Source: Mytilus californianus
Lineage: Eukaryota
Direction: 5' to 3'
Assembly (NCBI RefSeq): GCF_021869535.1
Contig: NW_026262700.1
Location: 682,001-746,000 of the forward strand
DNA: 64,000 nt
A model generated the notes under the pieces. That model ran no database searches and had not been told where the DNA came from. It was given only the letters and a program-made list of their open reading frames with translations. Made by a program: the position numbers and the translations under genes. Position 1 is the first letter of the stretch. The number at the start of each line of letters is the position of its first letter. This document shows, in pieces, positions 35,445 through 48,403 of the stretch.

Positions 35445-36260
35445 AGGCAAGGCGTTTCAGATATTCTAAATAAGCCTTGTTGTAAGATAATGTTACACGG
35501 GTATTTGTATGGTTACATTGGAATATAGATGATTTGGATCCAGCAAATATGTTTAATGTCGGGAGCCTCTAATTCAGTGATTGTCGCTTGTTGCTGTATT
35601 TTATTTGTATTTTTGTTAATTGTTTTTGTATATGAATCTGGCCGTTAGTTTCCTGTCTGAATTGTTTTACACTGGATGAACAAAAGCCAGACTAGGTTTT
35701 CTTCAACATACACATACAGATACAGGTGTTTTGGTGTGCTTTATAGCTTATTGTGCAGAGTGAGCTAAGGCTCAGTGTTGGAAGTTGTACCGTAACTTAA
35801 AATTGCTCACATCAACGACATTTGATCTTGGATGGAGGGTGGTCTCATTAGCAATCATACCACATTTTCTTATTTCTGATTTGATTTGTCAATTACGTTT
35901 CTTAGAATTGAAATGAATTTATTTTTTAAAAACCACATAGGGAGGAACAGTCATCCAGAATACCAACATTTTGTGCATATTCACAATGCATTCAGGATTT
36001 TTCCGAATTTAGTACATGCATATACAGTGTACCGACAAGTTACATAGCTTAGCAGGAGCTGCCCACTTTGTCGACTTATCTGGGCCATGTCGAAATGTTC
36101 CTGGTGTACATGTTATGCAAATTTGCAGACAACGCGATTGAAGACTTTGCTTGTACACGCTTTGCTTTTATACTATACACGTTATTTGGTATGCTTTGGT
36201 ATTTGGTATTATACATTTTCTTGGTGTGTTTTGTTTTTGTATGATTACGTTACTTGGTAA

Positions 36261-36327
36261 ACTTGATCGTCCTGAATATGCATGAAATATTTGCCACTGG
36301 ACGTTAAGCAACCAACAATCAATCAAT
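36261..36327 (+). mobile_element. SINE-like element, 3' tail fragment
   Basis: tcgtcctgaatatgcatg...caatcaat. Confidence 0.8.
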
Positions 36328-36396
36328 ACTTCGACACACACACACAAAAACAAAAAAAAAAAACAGAATGTAGTAAGCATACATTCATTTTTGACT

Positions 36397-36470
36397 AAGT
36401 TTTTATCCATCTTCACCCAATACTAACTATACTTAGTCACATTGAGTGTATTTGCTTAGGATAGTTCAGT
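36397..36470 (+). repeat. Split direct repeat B2 (element 3' end)
   Basis: Identical to 35312-35385. Confidence 0.95.
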
Positions 36471-36497
36471 GACCTTGACTCTTTGTGAGTCAAACGA

Positions 36498-36916
36498 TTG
36501 ATTGATTGTTGGTTGCTTAACGTCCAGTGGCAAATATTTCATGCATATTCAGGACGAGAACAAGTTCACAATAAATACAATAGGTAGGTTCTGTAATAGA
36601 TTAGGGATTAAGGTCGGAGAAATTTAGACTGCCACGGGAAATGAGGATATATTGGATAGGGACAGAAATTTGGCCTTGTAACAGGTCACCTACGGACCCC
36701 TCAAAGAGTTGTTGCAAGGGTTCTTAACGTGCAAAGAGCGTGGCACTCTCTTTACACGAGGCATCGGATTTAACGTCCCCATTCTGACCGGACGTGGCTG
36801 CAAATTTGTACATCCCGCACAGCCAAACGGACGCCCCACTTTGACGAGGGTTTTACCGCCGGTCGGAGGAAGACCAATGGTGACCATACTTCTATTCCCC
36901 AGTCACCCTTGGGGAG
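36498..36916 (-). mobile_element. SINE-like element, full length, 13-bp TSD
   Basis: TSD gtgagtcaaacga at 36485-36497 and 36917-36929. Confidence 0.92.
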
Positions 36917-37618
36917 GTGAGTCAAACGAAACCGCACGATTGACATAGCTCTAATTAACTAAATGTGAGACGAAGTAATAACGACATTTTTTTTTCTGTC
37001 TACCTGTGTGACTTTGCGCATTGTGTACGACATCAATTTATTTGCCGTCCGATCGGGATTTATTTGATTTCACACGTGATTATGTATTAACGACATCTAT
37101 ATTTTGAAGAAGTAACGTTAAATAAAACAACGATTGGGTACTTCTAACAAGATTGAAACATTTCGTACTACTTATGACAAAAATATTTTTCAACTACCTG
37201 TGTGACGTCACTAAAAATATAATATGTACCGGTATGACGGAATTGTTAGTAAATAGTAGATACAATGAACAATATTTATCATCATGATCATGTTTAATCT
37301 TTATGTGTGTTCATAGTAGACAGAAAAATCGAAAAATAATTGTCCTGTCCCCCAAGTACTTCATGTGTAATTTTAAATAGTACTTTAAAACATAAATCTT
37401 GTCTATGACTGAACAGTCCATCCATGAAGGAAACAATATCCGGACGCCTGAATTTCGTTTTCCTCCCAAAATAACAAAAACAGAATAATCATAAGCAAGG
37501 ATGACAATGAAATGCGACTATGCATGGTACCTATAGGAAACAAAGGCATGATGAATAATTTATTGTCATGACTGTGGAAGGAAGAGAATGGACACACAAT
37601 GATGTCATCAGAAGATAT

Positions 37619-37717
37619 TGTGTCCTCTAGAATTATTAACATTAACAACCCTATTAGTCATGTTAGTGTGTGTCCTCTAGAATTATTAACATTAACAACC
37701 CTATTAGTCATGTTAGT
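37619..37717. repeat. Perfect 50-bp tandem duplication
   Basis: tgtgtcctctagaattattaacattaacaaccctattagtcatgttagt occurs twice. Confidence 0.9.
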
Positions 37718-39340
37718 ATTTAAACAAAACATGGTCAAGATCAAATTAACATTCTGAATGTAAGGAGAAAAGTGCACGCAATGATACATGTGTCTATAAG
37801 TACTCCATATGGTGATAAATACTGAATGCCTGGCCTAGACACCAATAATCCACTTGTCCTCATTTTTTTCTGTTGAAAGATTAGTCTGAACCCCTCACGC
37901 TTTTTTCTTTTCCTTTGTAGACACTAATCCATCATTCCAGGCTTCTTCCAATAGAGTTAGGGTATCATCATCAATTTTTTCTCTACTTCTCTTCTAGCAT
38001 AAATAAATTGAATTGAAAGTATAAATGCATTAATGTCCTGTTTTTTCTTGTTTCTAGTAAAATTACCATGTATTTCTAAAAAGCTTTTAAAATATTTACT
38101 TTCTCAAGTAAAAAACTAAAGTTTAACGTTCGTTTTCTTCTACAGGAATTTACAAATAAAGTCGGAAAGTGCAAGGACCACACGCTTTGCCTTTGGTCTG
38201 AAAGCACCGCGTGGTCAGATTTTTTTTTAAAGCTATACCATTTCTCTGGTACTTGTATAAAGTTTATATGTGTATTGAAGATTAAAAAGAATTGAACGGA
38301 AAAAAACTGTTAGCTACTAATCAATCAAAATGTCAAAAACAATAGATGAAACACTTATAATAAGTAGCGGGATGCTGAGAATGACATTCTGAACGACACG
38401 ATATCATTTCCGAAGACAGCTGAAAGCTGAACATAGAAAATGATAGTGCGGATGGGTCATCCGTGAACTAGGGACTCATTATTCTTTTAAAATGATTTCT
38501 ACGGAAAAATAGTAAATGGTTACACTTACGGATAAAAACGAACATGACGACATCTCCGATTATTGCTGAGAGATATTCTTTTCATTAAAATTTGAAAACA
38601 AACAACGAAAGAATAATTATCGGTATACAAATTATTGAAAAACGTCCTTCAAGTTTTACTTTTCTTGTTCATTTTCTAATCGAAGTGTATCCAGGAACAA
38701 CCCATGAAGAATGACAAAGTTTATAACGATACCTTTTTCCAAGTGCAATGTCCTCACAGTCCCCCTGTATTTTCCTAGTTTGTGACTGTATATAAATTCG
38801 CATACCCCTGTTCAAAATGTTTTTCAAGCTAATCAAGTTCACTATCCATTAAACAATCGTGTCTATGATGTGATCCATGTTCACCCTTTGCACCCCTGAC
38901 AGAACTTTTGATAATTGTTTCATCATTTCTTCTATTAATTCAGCAAAAGAAAACAGTTGAAAGTAGCCTTTTTCCATAAAGTATCAGTGTTCGTATTTAA
39001 ATGAATGAAGAAATAAGATGATTTCAATGAGATGAAAGATGTGCACTTTATTGAATAAATATTATAAATAATAGTATGTTTTTATTTTATCAAATAAATA
39101 TTTAAAAAAATCATGCAGAAAAAATTGAAGTCCTGTTAATACCGTATGACATTGGTGCTTAGAGAAATCTACTAAAAGTTAAAAAAAAATTAACTACTAC
39201 CGTTTAAAAAATTGAAAACAACACGTTAAATGATTTCATTCGTCCGACGCGCTTTTCAGGAACGCTCAAAGCCAAACATTTCTATTCCTAGGGATGTCTA
39301 ATTACCAAAACAGTTGAAGAGCTATATGACAAAAACACCA

Positions 39341-39922
39341 CCCCAAGGGTGACTGGGGAATAGAAGTATGGTCACCATTGGTCTTCCTCCGACCGGCAGT
39401 AAAACCCGAGCTAAAGTGGGGCGTCCGTTTGGCTGTGCGGGATGTACAAATTTGCAGCCACGTCCGGTCAGAATGGGGAGGTTAAGTCCGATGCCTCGTG
39501 TAAAGAGAGTGCCACGCTCTTTGCACGTTAAGAACCCTTGCAACAACTCTTAGAGGGGTCCGTAGGTGACCTGTTGCAAGGCTAAATTTCTGTCCCTATC
39601 CAATATACCCTCATTTCCCGTGGCAGTCTAAATTTCTCCGACCATAATCCCTTAATCTATTACAGAACCTACCTATTGTATTTATTGTGAACTTGTTCTC
39701 GTCCTGAATATGCATGAAATATTTGCCACTGGACGTTAAGCAACCAACAATCAATATACCCTCATTTCCCGTGGCAGTCTAAATTTCTCCGACCTTAATC
39801 CCGGAAGCCCCTATTACAGAACCTACCTATTGTATTTATTGTTAACTTGTTCTCATCCTGAATATGCATGAAATATATGCCACTGGACGTTAAGCAACCA
39901 ACAATCAATCAATCAATCAATC
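39341..39922 (+). mobile_element. SINE-like element with a duplicated 3' module
   Basis: Full copy to 39755, then a second 3' module joined at caat microhomology. Confidence 0.9.
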
Positions 39923-41686
39923 GTTAACCTAAAGCGGGACAGACGGACGGACAGAACAAAAAACATAATGTCCATAGAATTGGTATAAAAATATTACAAA
40001 CTAAGGTTTAAATGCTACCATTCCTACCAAAATTGGTGAAAATCTATGCAGTACTTTTCAACATAACCAGATAAGCCACCAACTTAGTTTCAAAGTGTGT
40101 CTCAACCTTTGGTTAAATACAGGTTCAAAGCTTTGGATGCAGTTTTCCTGTATTCATCTGCCCATGTCTCCTTCATTACGCTTTGGAATGTTGTTCCCGT
40201 TCTTTACATTTGCACAAGCTTCTCTCCACAGTTGCTCGCAGTTTGACTGTATTTTTTTCAGAATAGTCATTGGCGGCTTTTAGCATGAATTCCCGAAATT
40301 CAGTACTAATCCGGTTGTTGACCTCCGTAACTTTCACTTTGAAGTAGTGTTCTGTTTCAGTAGAACAGAGATGCGGACTAAACGATACTTTGTGAATTCT
40401 GGCGTAATTAGGCATCTCGTCTTCTTAAGTCCCTAAAAATACTTCTACACATGTTACAACAGCAAGAACTAATCGAATTGTAATTACATAGTAATTATAA
40501 ATATTTGTAACATGAATGTTAAATTTTCCTTTGTTCTTCTAGTGAGTTAACTTCGGTTATTTTTAGAGGAGTGCGTTAAACGAATGATTTTTTTAGTTAT
40601 TTCACTCTCCAACCCCGCCGTTGAAGACTTCTCGTTTGAATAGCATAGAATGGGAGGAGCTTAAACCAGTGCATTATTTTCAATCTCAAAAGTTGTTAAG
40701 CACAGTCTGGCTCCGCCTCTTTGGGTAGTAATAAAGGAGCAACCATTTAACTCGAAGGGGGTTATGTTATTTTTTCGCGCATCGATTTTATTAGGTCTTT
40801 TAACGCTATAAATCAAATATTTTTTTTTCAATATATAACACTATGAGGTATGGGGGAAATTTGGATTCCAAATATTTTTTCTTTGTCATCTGCTTGACCA
40901 GAAAGGTCTATTTCCGTGTATTGATCATGCTTCAAACATATGTCCCTGGAACCTTGGCTTACACGCATTCAACACGCAACCATAGCAATCAATTAACCGA
41001 TCTTTTCCCAGTTTTGGGAAATGAACGAAGATTATTTTGAACTACCTTCATAAGGAAATGTTTCCTTTTTATCACAACATCCCTTGAAACTACACGCCTT
41101 GTTTTCCGATGCTAGGGAAAATAAAATAGAATTAAAATTTTGTATTAACCTGCCACAACCAACACAGTGTAGGACAGTCGGGCCAGTAAAAAAAATTACT
41201 TCACAGGCCCAAAATGCATATTAGTAGCCCAATTATTTTACTAAAATTTTCTTCAGTGTTGAAGGAAAAAAACGCTAATAAAGCAATATCAATAGATTTT
41301 CTTTATTCTTCAATCAAACCCTCCCGACACATAACCCTAAAAACCTTCCCCTCATTCCCATAGTCTTCATTGTCACTAAATTGGTCATCACTATCTGCAC
41401 CATTCTCATCATCTTGGACCAAGTCCATACTACTTTCTTTGTCTGCTGCAGCCTCCACTGATAAATCATCAGTGATTGTGACCTCTTCATCCACATGCTG
41501 GGATTCAGTTTCTTTTGCAATGACTTCGTTTATATCAGAATTCACCGAGTGTTTTGCCTTTCTGATCAAGTTCCGCTCCTTGGAGTCCATGTACAGTGGT
41601 CTTCTTAGACCACCAGCATTCCAAAGTCGTATGGCTGGAACAGGATCAAAGCTGAAAAATTTAAATTTATTACTAAAATAGATCAG

Positions 41687-42400
41687 TCAAAGTAATGTTC
41701 CTGACCTATGCTGTTCTTTAATAGCATTTATCAACTCTGTTTGGTCTTGTTTCATGCTGCCCAAAAATCTGATGATTTCATCATTTGTAGAGGACTTTCT
41801 AGGTTTGCCAACAGGTGACGATGAACTACTGGTATCTAGCTTTTGTTCATCACATGTAATTGTAGTGTTCAGAAATGTCATGACATGATCATTCATTTTG
41901 TTAAGAGATGTTTTCTGCCTCTTTGGTTCAGGAGCTGAATCAATTGACTTGTGGTCATCCCCATCTTTTGAAGAAGTACTTGCAGTTATAGAAGAACTTG
42001 AACCCATTGTGAATACAGGTGTCCCATTGGGTCTGTAACCTAAACACTCTTCCAGTTCTTGAAAGTAGGCACTCTTTTTTTTTTTTATCATTACCACTCT
42101 TTCTATTGTGGTCTACAGTATCTCTGTATGCCTTTGTAATGTTTTTCCACTTTTGTTCACACTGTGAACTGGCAAACTAAAAATTAGATTGGCTCGTGTC
42201 ATTGGCAATTTTTTGCCAAACCTCTTCTTCTTAATAGAGGGTTTTTGGAAGAGATTTTGGTACTTTTTATGAAGGTCGATCAAAGAATGCGTCGCTAGTC
42301 TGGACCATAAACTTGTCTTTGGGGTTAATGGTGCTTTGATCTCTTCTTCTGACCTAAATTGGTCCACACTCTGGTCGTTTTTCAAATATAGAGAAAAGGA
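41687..42400 (-). pseudogene. Myb/SANT-like (trihelix) DNA-binding gene relic, Harbinger-accessory type
   Basis: W..LATHSLIDLHKKY...KKK.VWQKIA...CEQKWKNITKAYR...N.KSGN.....YFQELEECLG across frameshifts. Confidence 0.75.
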
Positions 42401-44150
42401 AGTATATATCTAGGTTTTTTTCTGTGTCAATAAAATAGAATAATTGAACCTCCTTTGCACAAATGAGGACCACATACACTTACCTAAGTTTTGACCTCAC
42501 TGAAAACCAAATATTATATATTTTCATAAAATTGATAAGAATACATTGATGATGGTTTTACTTGCGGTGGTGATCATGAAAACTTTATAAGTGCCATGCC
42601 AACATAAACATGATAAAGTCCAATGGTCAGGGAAAGTTAAAATGTAAGCAACACAAATGGAATATGAGGTTAAACAAACAAAAATGAACCTGCTAATAAA
42701 TAAAAGTAAGGATTAAGCATCATTTATATTTAGGATTGTGCTTAATTCGACCAGCACAGATACAGATTAATAGTCATACAAGTTACAACATGTACAAGCC
42801 TTGAAAGGTATAAATGTAGTTGCTTTTGTGTAATTTATGTATTGTTGATAGAGTTAAGCCATTTTTACTTAATATTTTATAATGCATCTTTTTAAAAGGT
42901 AATATTATACTGCTGTATCAGGTTAGGGTTAAAACAGTCAAACCTGCTGCATATATTACAGTTGCACCTTTCCTAAGTCAGGAGACCCTGTTCAGTGGTT
43001 GTTGTTTGTTGATATGTTTCATAAAATTTAATGTAAAAAGATAAGACCGTTGGTTTTCCCGTTTGAATAGTGGTACACAGGTCATTTTGTTGCCCTTTAT
43101 AGCTTGCTGTTCAGTGTGAGCTAAGGCTCTGTGACGAAGCCGTTCTTTGACCTATAATTGTTAACTTTAAATACATTGTGACTTCAACATACATGGTTTG
43201 CGTGCTTGTCTTTTGTTTTGTTTATTCTGTAAGTTATAATTATTTGTTCTTTGTTTCTTAGGTTTGTATATTGTTAGTTTTCTGACTTCCACTCCGTTGT
43301 TTAATTATTTTTTTTAGATAAGTCAGAATGCAAAAGATCGGTTTGAAAATTTGTTTTTCTATTCTTATGCTTACCAGGTAATGCATCTGAGCAAACAAAG
43401 CTTTCAAACTCTTTTGACCAGTCTATCAAGGTGTTAAAAAGCCATGGCTGAATCTCCATCACATCACTTTAGCCTCCCTCTGTTAAGTTATCCATTACAT
43501 GTTGGTATACTGTATCATTTTTCTTTTTCGTGATAACTGGAATGTTGGCTGCTCCAGCTAATTTTGTGAAGGTTTGAGCATCTGCAACATTACAGGACAG
43601 GTAGGACTTTAGTATGTCCTGGCTGACATATTGATGGAAATTGTTAGGTAATAAGGTACAAATTGGTCCAATTGGTGGACCTTCAATGTATCCAGCTAAA
43701 AGAAAAAAAATAACCAATTATTACATGTGTATATAGGTGAGCATTAATATGTTGTTGAACATCGAAGTTAGCAAATGCATTAGTCCTCTGGTTTAATTTA
43801 TACAAGTAAAATAGTTAAGTAGATTTTTTGGACCATCACCACAAACACATCAAAAAATGGGTCCAATGGCCATAGATGCTGCTTGTAAATTTATTTGTGT
43901 TTTTGTTCTTTAATGTTAATGTTATGGTAAATTTAGATAACAGAAGTGACAGGTTTAACAATTTTTATGTTTATAAACTCACTGTAATTCAGTGGTTGTC
44001 GTTTGTTGGTGTGTTACATATATGTTTTTCGTTCATTTTTTGTACACAAATTAGGATGTTAGTTTTCTCGTTTGAATTATTTTACATTTGTCATTTCGGG
44101 GCCTTTTATAGCTGACTATGCGGTGTGGGCTTTGCTCATTGTTGAAGGCC

Positions 44151-44621
44151 GTACAGTAACCTATAGTTGTTTATTTCTGTGCTATTTGGTCTCTTGTTGA
44201 GAGTTGTCTCATTGGCAATCATACCATATCTTCTTTTTTATAATAACTCAGAAACGGTATAAGTGATGCTTCATCATTTTGAACTTGATCTGTGTATTTA
44301 TGGTAATAAGCATTGTATATGAGTTTCATAATATTTGGTTAAAGGAAACTTCAGTTGTAATTACAAAACAGGTACATTCTCTCTCTATATGTAATTGTAC
44401 CTGTTTTGTAATTACAACTGAAGTTTCCTTTAACCAAATATCATGAAACTCATATACAATGCTTATTACCATTTATACACAGATCAAGTTCAAAATGATG
44501 AAGCATCACTTTTACCGTTTCTGAGTTATTATAAAAAAGAAGATATGGTATGATTGCCAATGAGACAACTCTCAACATGGGACCAAATAGCACAGAAATA
44601 AACAACTATAGGTTACTGTAC
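44151..44621. repeat. Long inverted repeat: 226-bp arms, 19-bp spacer
   Basis: 44151-44376 versus the reverse complement of 44396-44621; about 6 mismatches by manual comparison. Confidence 0.95.
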
Positions 44622-44776
44622 TATACTGTATTATGTGGTAATAAGCATTGTGTATAAGTTCCATAGCATTTGGTTAGACAAAAACAAACAAAAAGTTAGA
44701 AAACTGAAACATAAAATTTGTACCTGATCTTAGTTTTGTGGTAATGAATATTGTGTATAGGTTTCATAATGTTTGG

Positions 44777-45199
44777 ACCCCCAAGGGTGACTGGGGAATA
44801 GAAATATGGTCACCATTGGTCTTCCTCCGACCGGCAGTAAAACCCTCGCTAAAGTGGGGCGTCCGTTTGGCTGTGCGGGATGTACAAATTCGCAGTCACG
44901 TCCGGTCAGAATGGGGACGTTAAATCCGATGTCTCGTGTAAAGAGAGTGCCACGTTCTTTGCACGTTAAGAACCCTTGCAACAACTCTTTGAGGTGGCCT
45001 GTTGCAAGGCAAAATTTCTGTCTTTATCCAATATACCCTCATTTTCCCGTGGCAGTCCAAATTTCCCCTACCTTCATCCCGGACGGCCTCTATTACAGGA
45101 CCTACCTATTGTATTTATTGTGAACTTGTTCTCGTCCTGAATATGCATGAAATATTTGCCACTGGACGTTAAACAACCAACAATCAATCAATCAATCAA
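44777..45199 (+). mobile_element. SINE-like element, full length, 13-bp TSD
   Basis: TSD tcataatgtttgg at 44764-44776 and 45200-45212. Confidence 0.92.
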
Positions 45200-45597
45200 T
45201 CATAATGTTTGGTTGTGGCAAACTTAAGTTACAGAATGGAAACTAAACATTTTGCAATCTTACAATTTATAAAGGGGCATAACTCAATAATGGTTAAAGT
45301 GACACTACCCAATTCAACTTGATCTGTGTTTTATCAGTGGAAGTCAAAATTAAACATTGCATTGTATGAGGCATTGGTTGTAGTTGATTCAACTATAATC
45401 ATGGACAAAGGAAGATAACTCCCAATTTTAAAAATATTTAGAACAAAATAAAAATTTTGCAATTTTTAAAGGGCATTACTCTAGAACGGTTAAAGTGACG
45501 CCACCAAAATTATGGGACGTACGGACGGACGGACGGACGTACAGACGGACGATGGTAAAACTTAATGCCCCCACCGCTACGGCGGGGGCATAAAAAG
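45200..45597 (+). mobile_element. Helentron/HINE-like 3' part (ACGG microsatellite and terminal hairpin)
   Basis: (gacg)n followed by atgccccc-accgctacggc-gggggcat aaaaa. Confidence 0.7.
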
Positions 45598-45724
45598 TCA
45601 ATGAAAGTTGGACTGACACTGGATATTGAAGGTATACTGAATAGAGACAGCAATTTGCTTTGTAACAGGCTCAGATGAAAGGCCACCGACAGCCCCTTAA
45701 AGATGTGCAATGGTGCTTCCTCAA

Positions 45725-45895
45725 TAGAGGGTGGCACTTTCTCTAGTCTACACAAGGCATCGGATACAATGTCACCACTCTTGACATTTGTTGAAAATTA
45801 TACACCCTACACAATCAAACGGACGTCCCAACTTTGGCAATGGTTTACTGACAGTCGGAAGAAAACAAAAGTGACTATATTTCTATTCCAACTTG
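45725..45895 (-). mobile_element. Old, highly diverged copy of the SINE-like element
   Basis: gtggcactttctct...aaggcatcggat...aaacggacgtcccaacttt...tttactgacagtcggaagaa. Confidence 0.65.
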
Positions 45896-46280
45896 CATTT
45901 TAAATATATATTAGAACTCATTTGACCTTGTCCATCGAATGACTACATGTAAGAACAGGTTATGCATATGGTCATGATACTTCTGTTTCTGTGAATTACT
46001 CATATAAAGAGAGTAGTTCAAATACCACGTTAATAACGATTTTACGAAGAAGTGTCTGGATTTGGGGGGTGGAGGTTGAGTCGTTCATTTCTGTATTCTT
46101 TAATTTTTAAGGCATTTTCTCTATTCTTTATACTTTTGGCACCTCATTATCATCTATTCCATTTTTTTGGGACCATTTGTTCTATTCTTTATATTTTTGC
46201 CCATTATTCTCTGCTCTGTAAACCCCATTTCACACCCTTATGAAGTAGATTTTTTATTACAGCAGTTATTTACCTTTGTA

Positions 46281-46347
46281 GGACTATTGGGGTGTCGGAC
46301 TAATGGGGTGTCGGACTAATGGAGTGTTGGAATATCGGGGCGACCCC
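46281..46347. repeat. 16-bp minisatellite ggactaatggggtgtc (~3.5 units)
   Basis: Direct reading. Confidence 0.8.
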
Positions 46348-47447
46348 CCATTTTTTTTGAGTCTGCAGATGATAGCAAAATAAACAAACACACAAGTTTC
46401 ATTTGATAGCTACATTTGTAGGATCCACTCAGTTACACAGTTTAAATCATCTATTTTTGGTAGATGTCTATTGTCCATCAATTGTCCATTTAAATCTATG
46501 CAATTCACAACATGTATTATATGAGGGGAGCTTCTCAAACTTCTTTCCCAACTTAGTTTATTTTGCCACCTTTTGCAGGAACGAAAAAAAAAATTAATAG
46601 CAAAATTTTTAATATTCTGAAACTTAAATTTTATTTATATAGGTCCAGCCATACTCTAAAACTTTTCAAGATGCACTGGTTTGTCAGTACTCAGAGTGAA
46701 ACTTTTAGTGTAAAATACGGCCATATTTGCGGAAAGGTTATGATGAACCTTAAAGCAAATTAAATAAATTAAGGGATATCCCTTATTTTGGAGGTTGTTC
46801 CCATCAAACCTGTTTGAAACAATGTATGAGCACTCAAATGAGTTGTATACATTACCTTCTGCACTGCTAATGCTTCTTTTGCAATCGTGAACATTAAATG
46901 CATCCGAATCTCCAAACAGTTTATCGCAACCCCCACACTGCATTAACACTGCCGCCATCTTCTAGTTCACTAGCACAAATGAATATCAAGTCCAAATGAA
47001 CTAAAAAACGAAGAAAATACTTACAGGATGTAAAGACAAAAAACAGTCAGTAGTCTTTGACGGACGCATAACCAAGCTTGATTTAAACTGGTCCTCCATA
47101 ACGTTTCCTGAAATTTCATCGAAACCTTTTAATGCCTCTTTCGAATTTCGTATGCATTGCATTAAATATATACACTTTAAACAGAGAAATGGTAATAGTA
47201 CATGGGATATGACCGCTGATGACCAGAAAAAAATGAATACTACGAAAACTTTGAGGCCTATGTAAAACAAAAATCCCACCATAAGATTAATGAGATTCTA
47301 TGTACGTCCTGCCATTCTACTGATCTTTGAGTAGAATTTAGTCATTTATACTTTGAATCCTTAATGTAACGCTCGCTATTTCTAGAAAGTCCGAGTAAGC
47401 TATATTTAAGCAAACCCAAAAAGGAGGAAATTCCTCCAACACAGCAG

Positions 47448-47555
47448 CGACTCTTTTCACAAAAAATCTTACGACTAAAATTGATCGTAAGTTATACTGA
47501 AATGTGTATGACTTACGAGTATTTTTACTCTTAAGATTTTTTGTGAAAAGAGCCG
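47448..47555. mobile_element. 108-bp MITE with ~24-bp TIRs and CAG TSD (PIF/Harbinger-like)
   Basis: cgactcttttcacaaaaaatctta / taagattttttgtgaaaagagccg, flanked by cag on both sides. Confidence 0.75.
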
Positions 47556-47948
47556 CAGGTCTCTAAGTATCCAATTGAAACCAAAGATTTCGATTTGTCT
47601 CTTCTATTGAAAAATATTTCGCCTACACCAAAAAACTAGAGGCCTCAAAGAGCCTGTGTGGCTCACCTGATATTTTTATTTACAATTTATGCCTTAAATA
47701 ATGCAACCGTTATATGTTTACTATAGTTTCAGAGATGGAAGTCAAAAACTGCATTTTTATAGATTGGATATCAATGTAAACTGCTGACATGATCAGTTTT
47801 GTTAAGCTCTTCTTGTTTGCCAAGTTTCGTCAATATCCCAGTACCGATGGTTGAGTTGTGGCCCTTATTTAGTTCTTTCAGTAACTGTTTATGTATCGCA
47901 TGAGTATTACAGCTTTCAGTTTCTCAAATTTTAAAATTGAACTTTCAG

Positions 47949-48156
47949 GTGTGACTGTGGACACTGTGGGTCTTTGCCAATAGCAAGGGAATGCATTTGC
48001 TGCCAAGACTTAAGCAGAGTTACCGAAAAAGTTGAGGAGCTACCCACATCAGTATCATGAATAACAGAACATTCTGGATTTGAATCAGTGTGCCTTAACC
48101 AGTATGTTCTAAAAACTACAAACTTCCAATACAGACAGCAGTGTGGAGAAATACAA
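47949..48156 (+). pseudogene. KolX / P2X7-C-terminal-like Cys-rich exon
   Basis: AG/GT-bounded; CDCGHCGSLPIARECICCQD...*ITEHSGFESVCLNQYVL...YRQQ with one in-frame TGA. Confidence 0.75.
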
Positions 48157-48209
48157 GTAAGTTATTTATAATTTTTTAGCACTTCAATTTTCTTTATCAA
48201 TTTGTTAAT

Positions 48210-48403
48210 TGATTGATTGATTGTTGGTTGCTTAACGTCCAGTGGCAAATATTTCATTCATATTCAGGACGAGAACAAGTTCACAATAAATACAATAGGT
48301 AGATTCTGTAATAGATTAAGGGATTAAGGTCGGAGAAATTTAGACTGCCACGGGAAATGAGGGTATATTGGATAAGGACAGAAATTAAGCCTTGCAACAG
48401 GTC
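48210..48403 (-). mobile_element. SINE-like element, 5'-truncated
   Basis: 14-bp TSD with one mismatch, atcaattt(g/a)ttaat, at 48196-48209 and 48404-48417. Confidence 0.88.

Larger units (their letters stand above)
22237..36470 (+). mobile_element. Ngaro/PAT-like tyrosine-recombinase retrotransposon with split direct repeats A1...B1-A2...B2
   Basis: A1 22237-22296 matches A2 35385-35444 (60 bp, 2 mismatches); B1 35312-35385 is identical to B2 36397-36470 (74 bp); gag-CCHC, RT, RH, MT-like and YR ORFs lie between. Confidence 0.92.
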
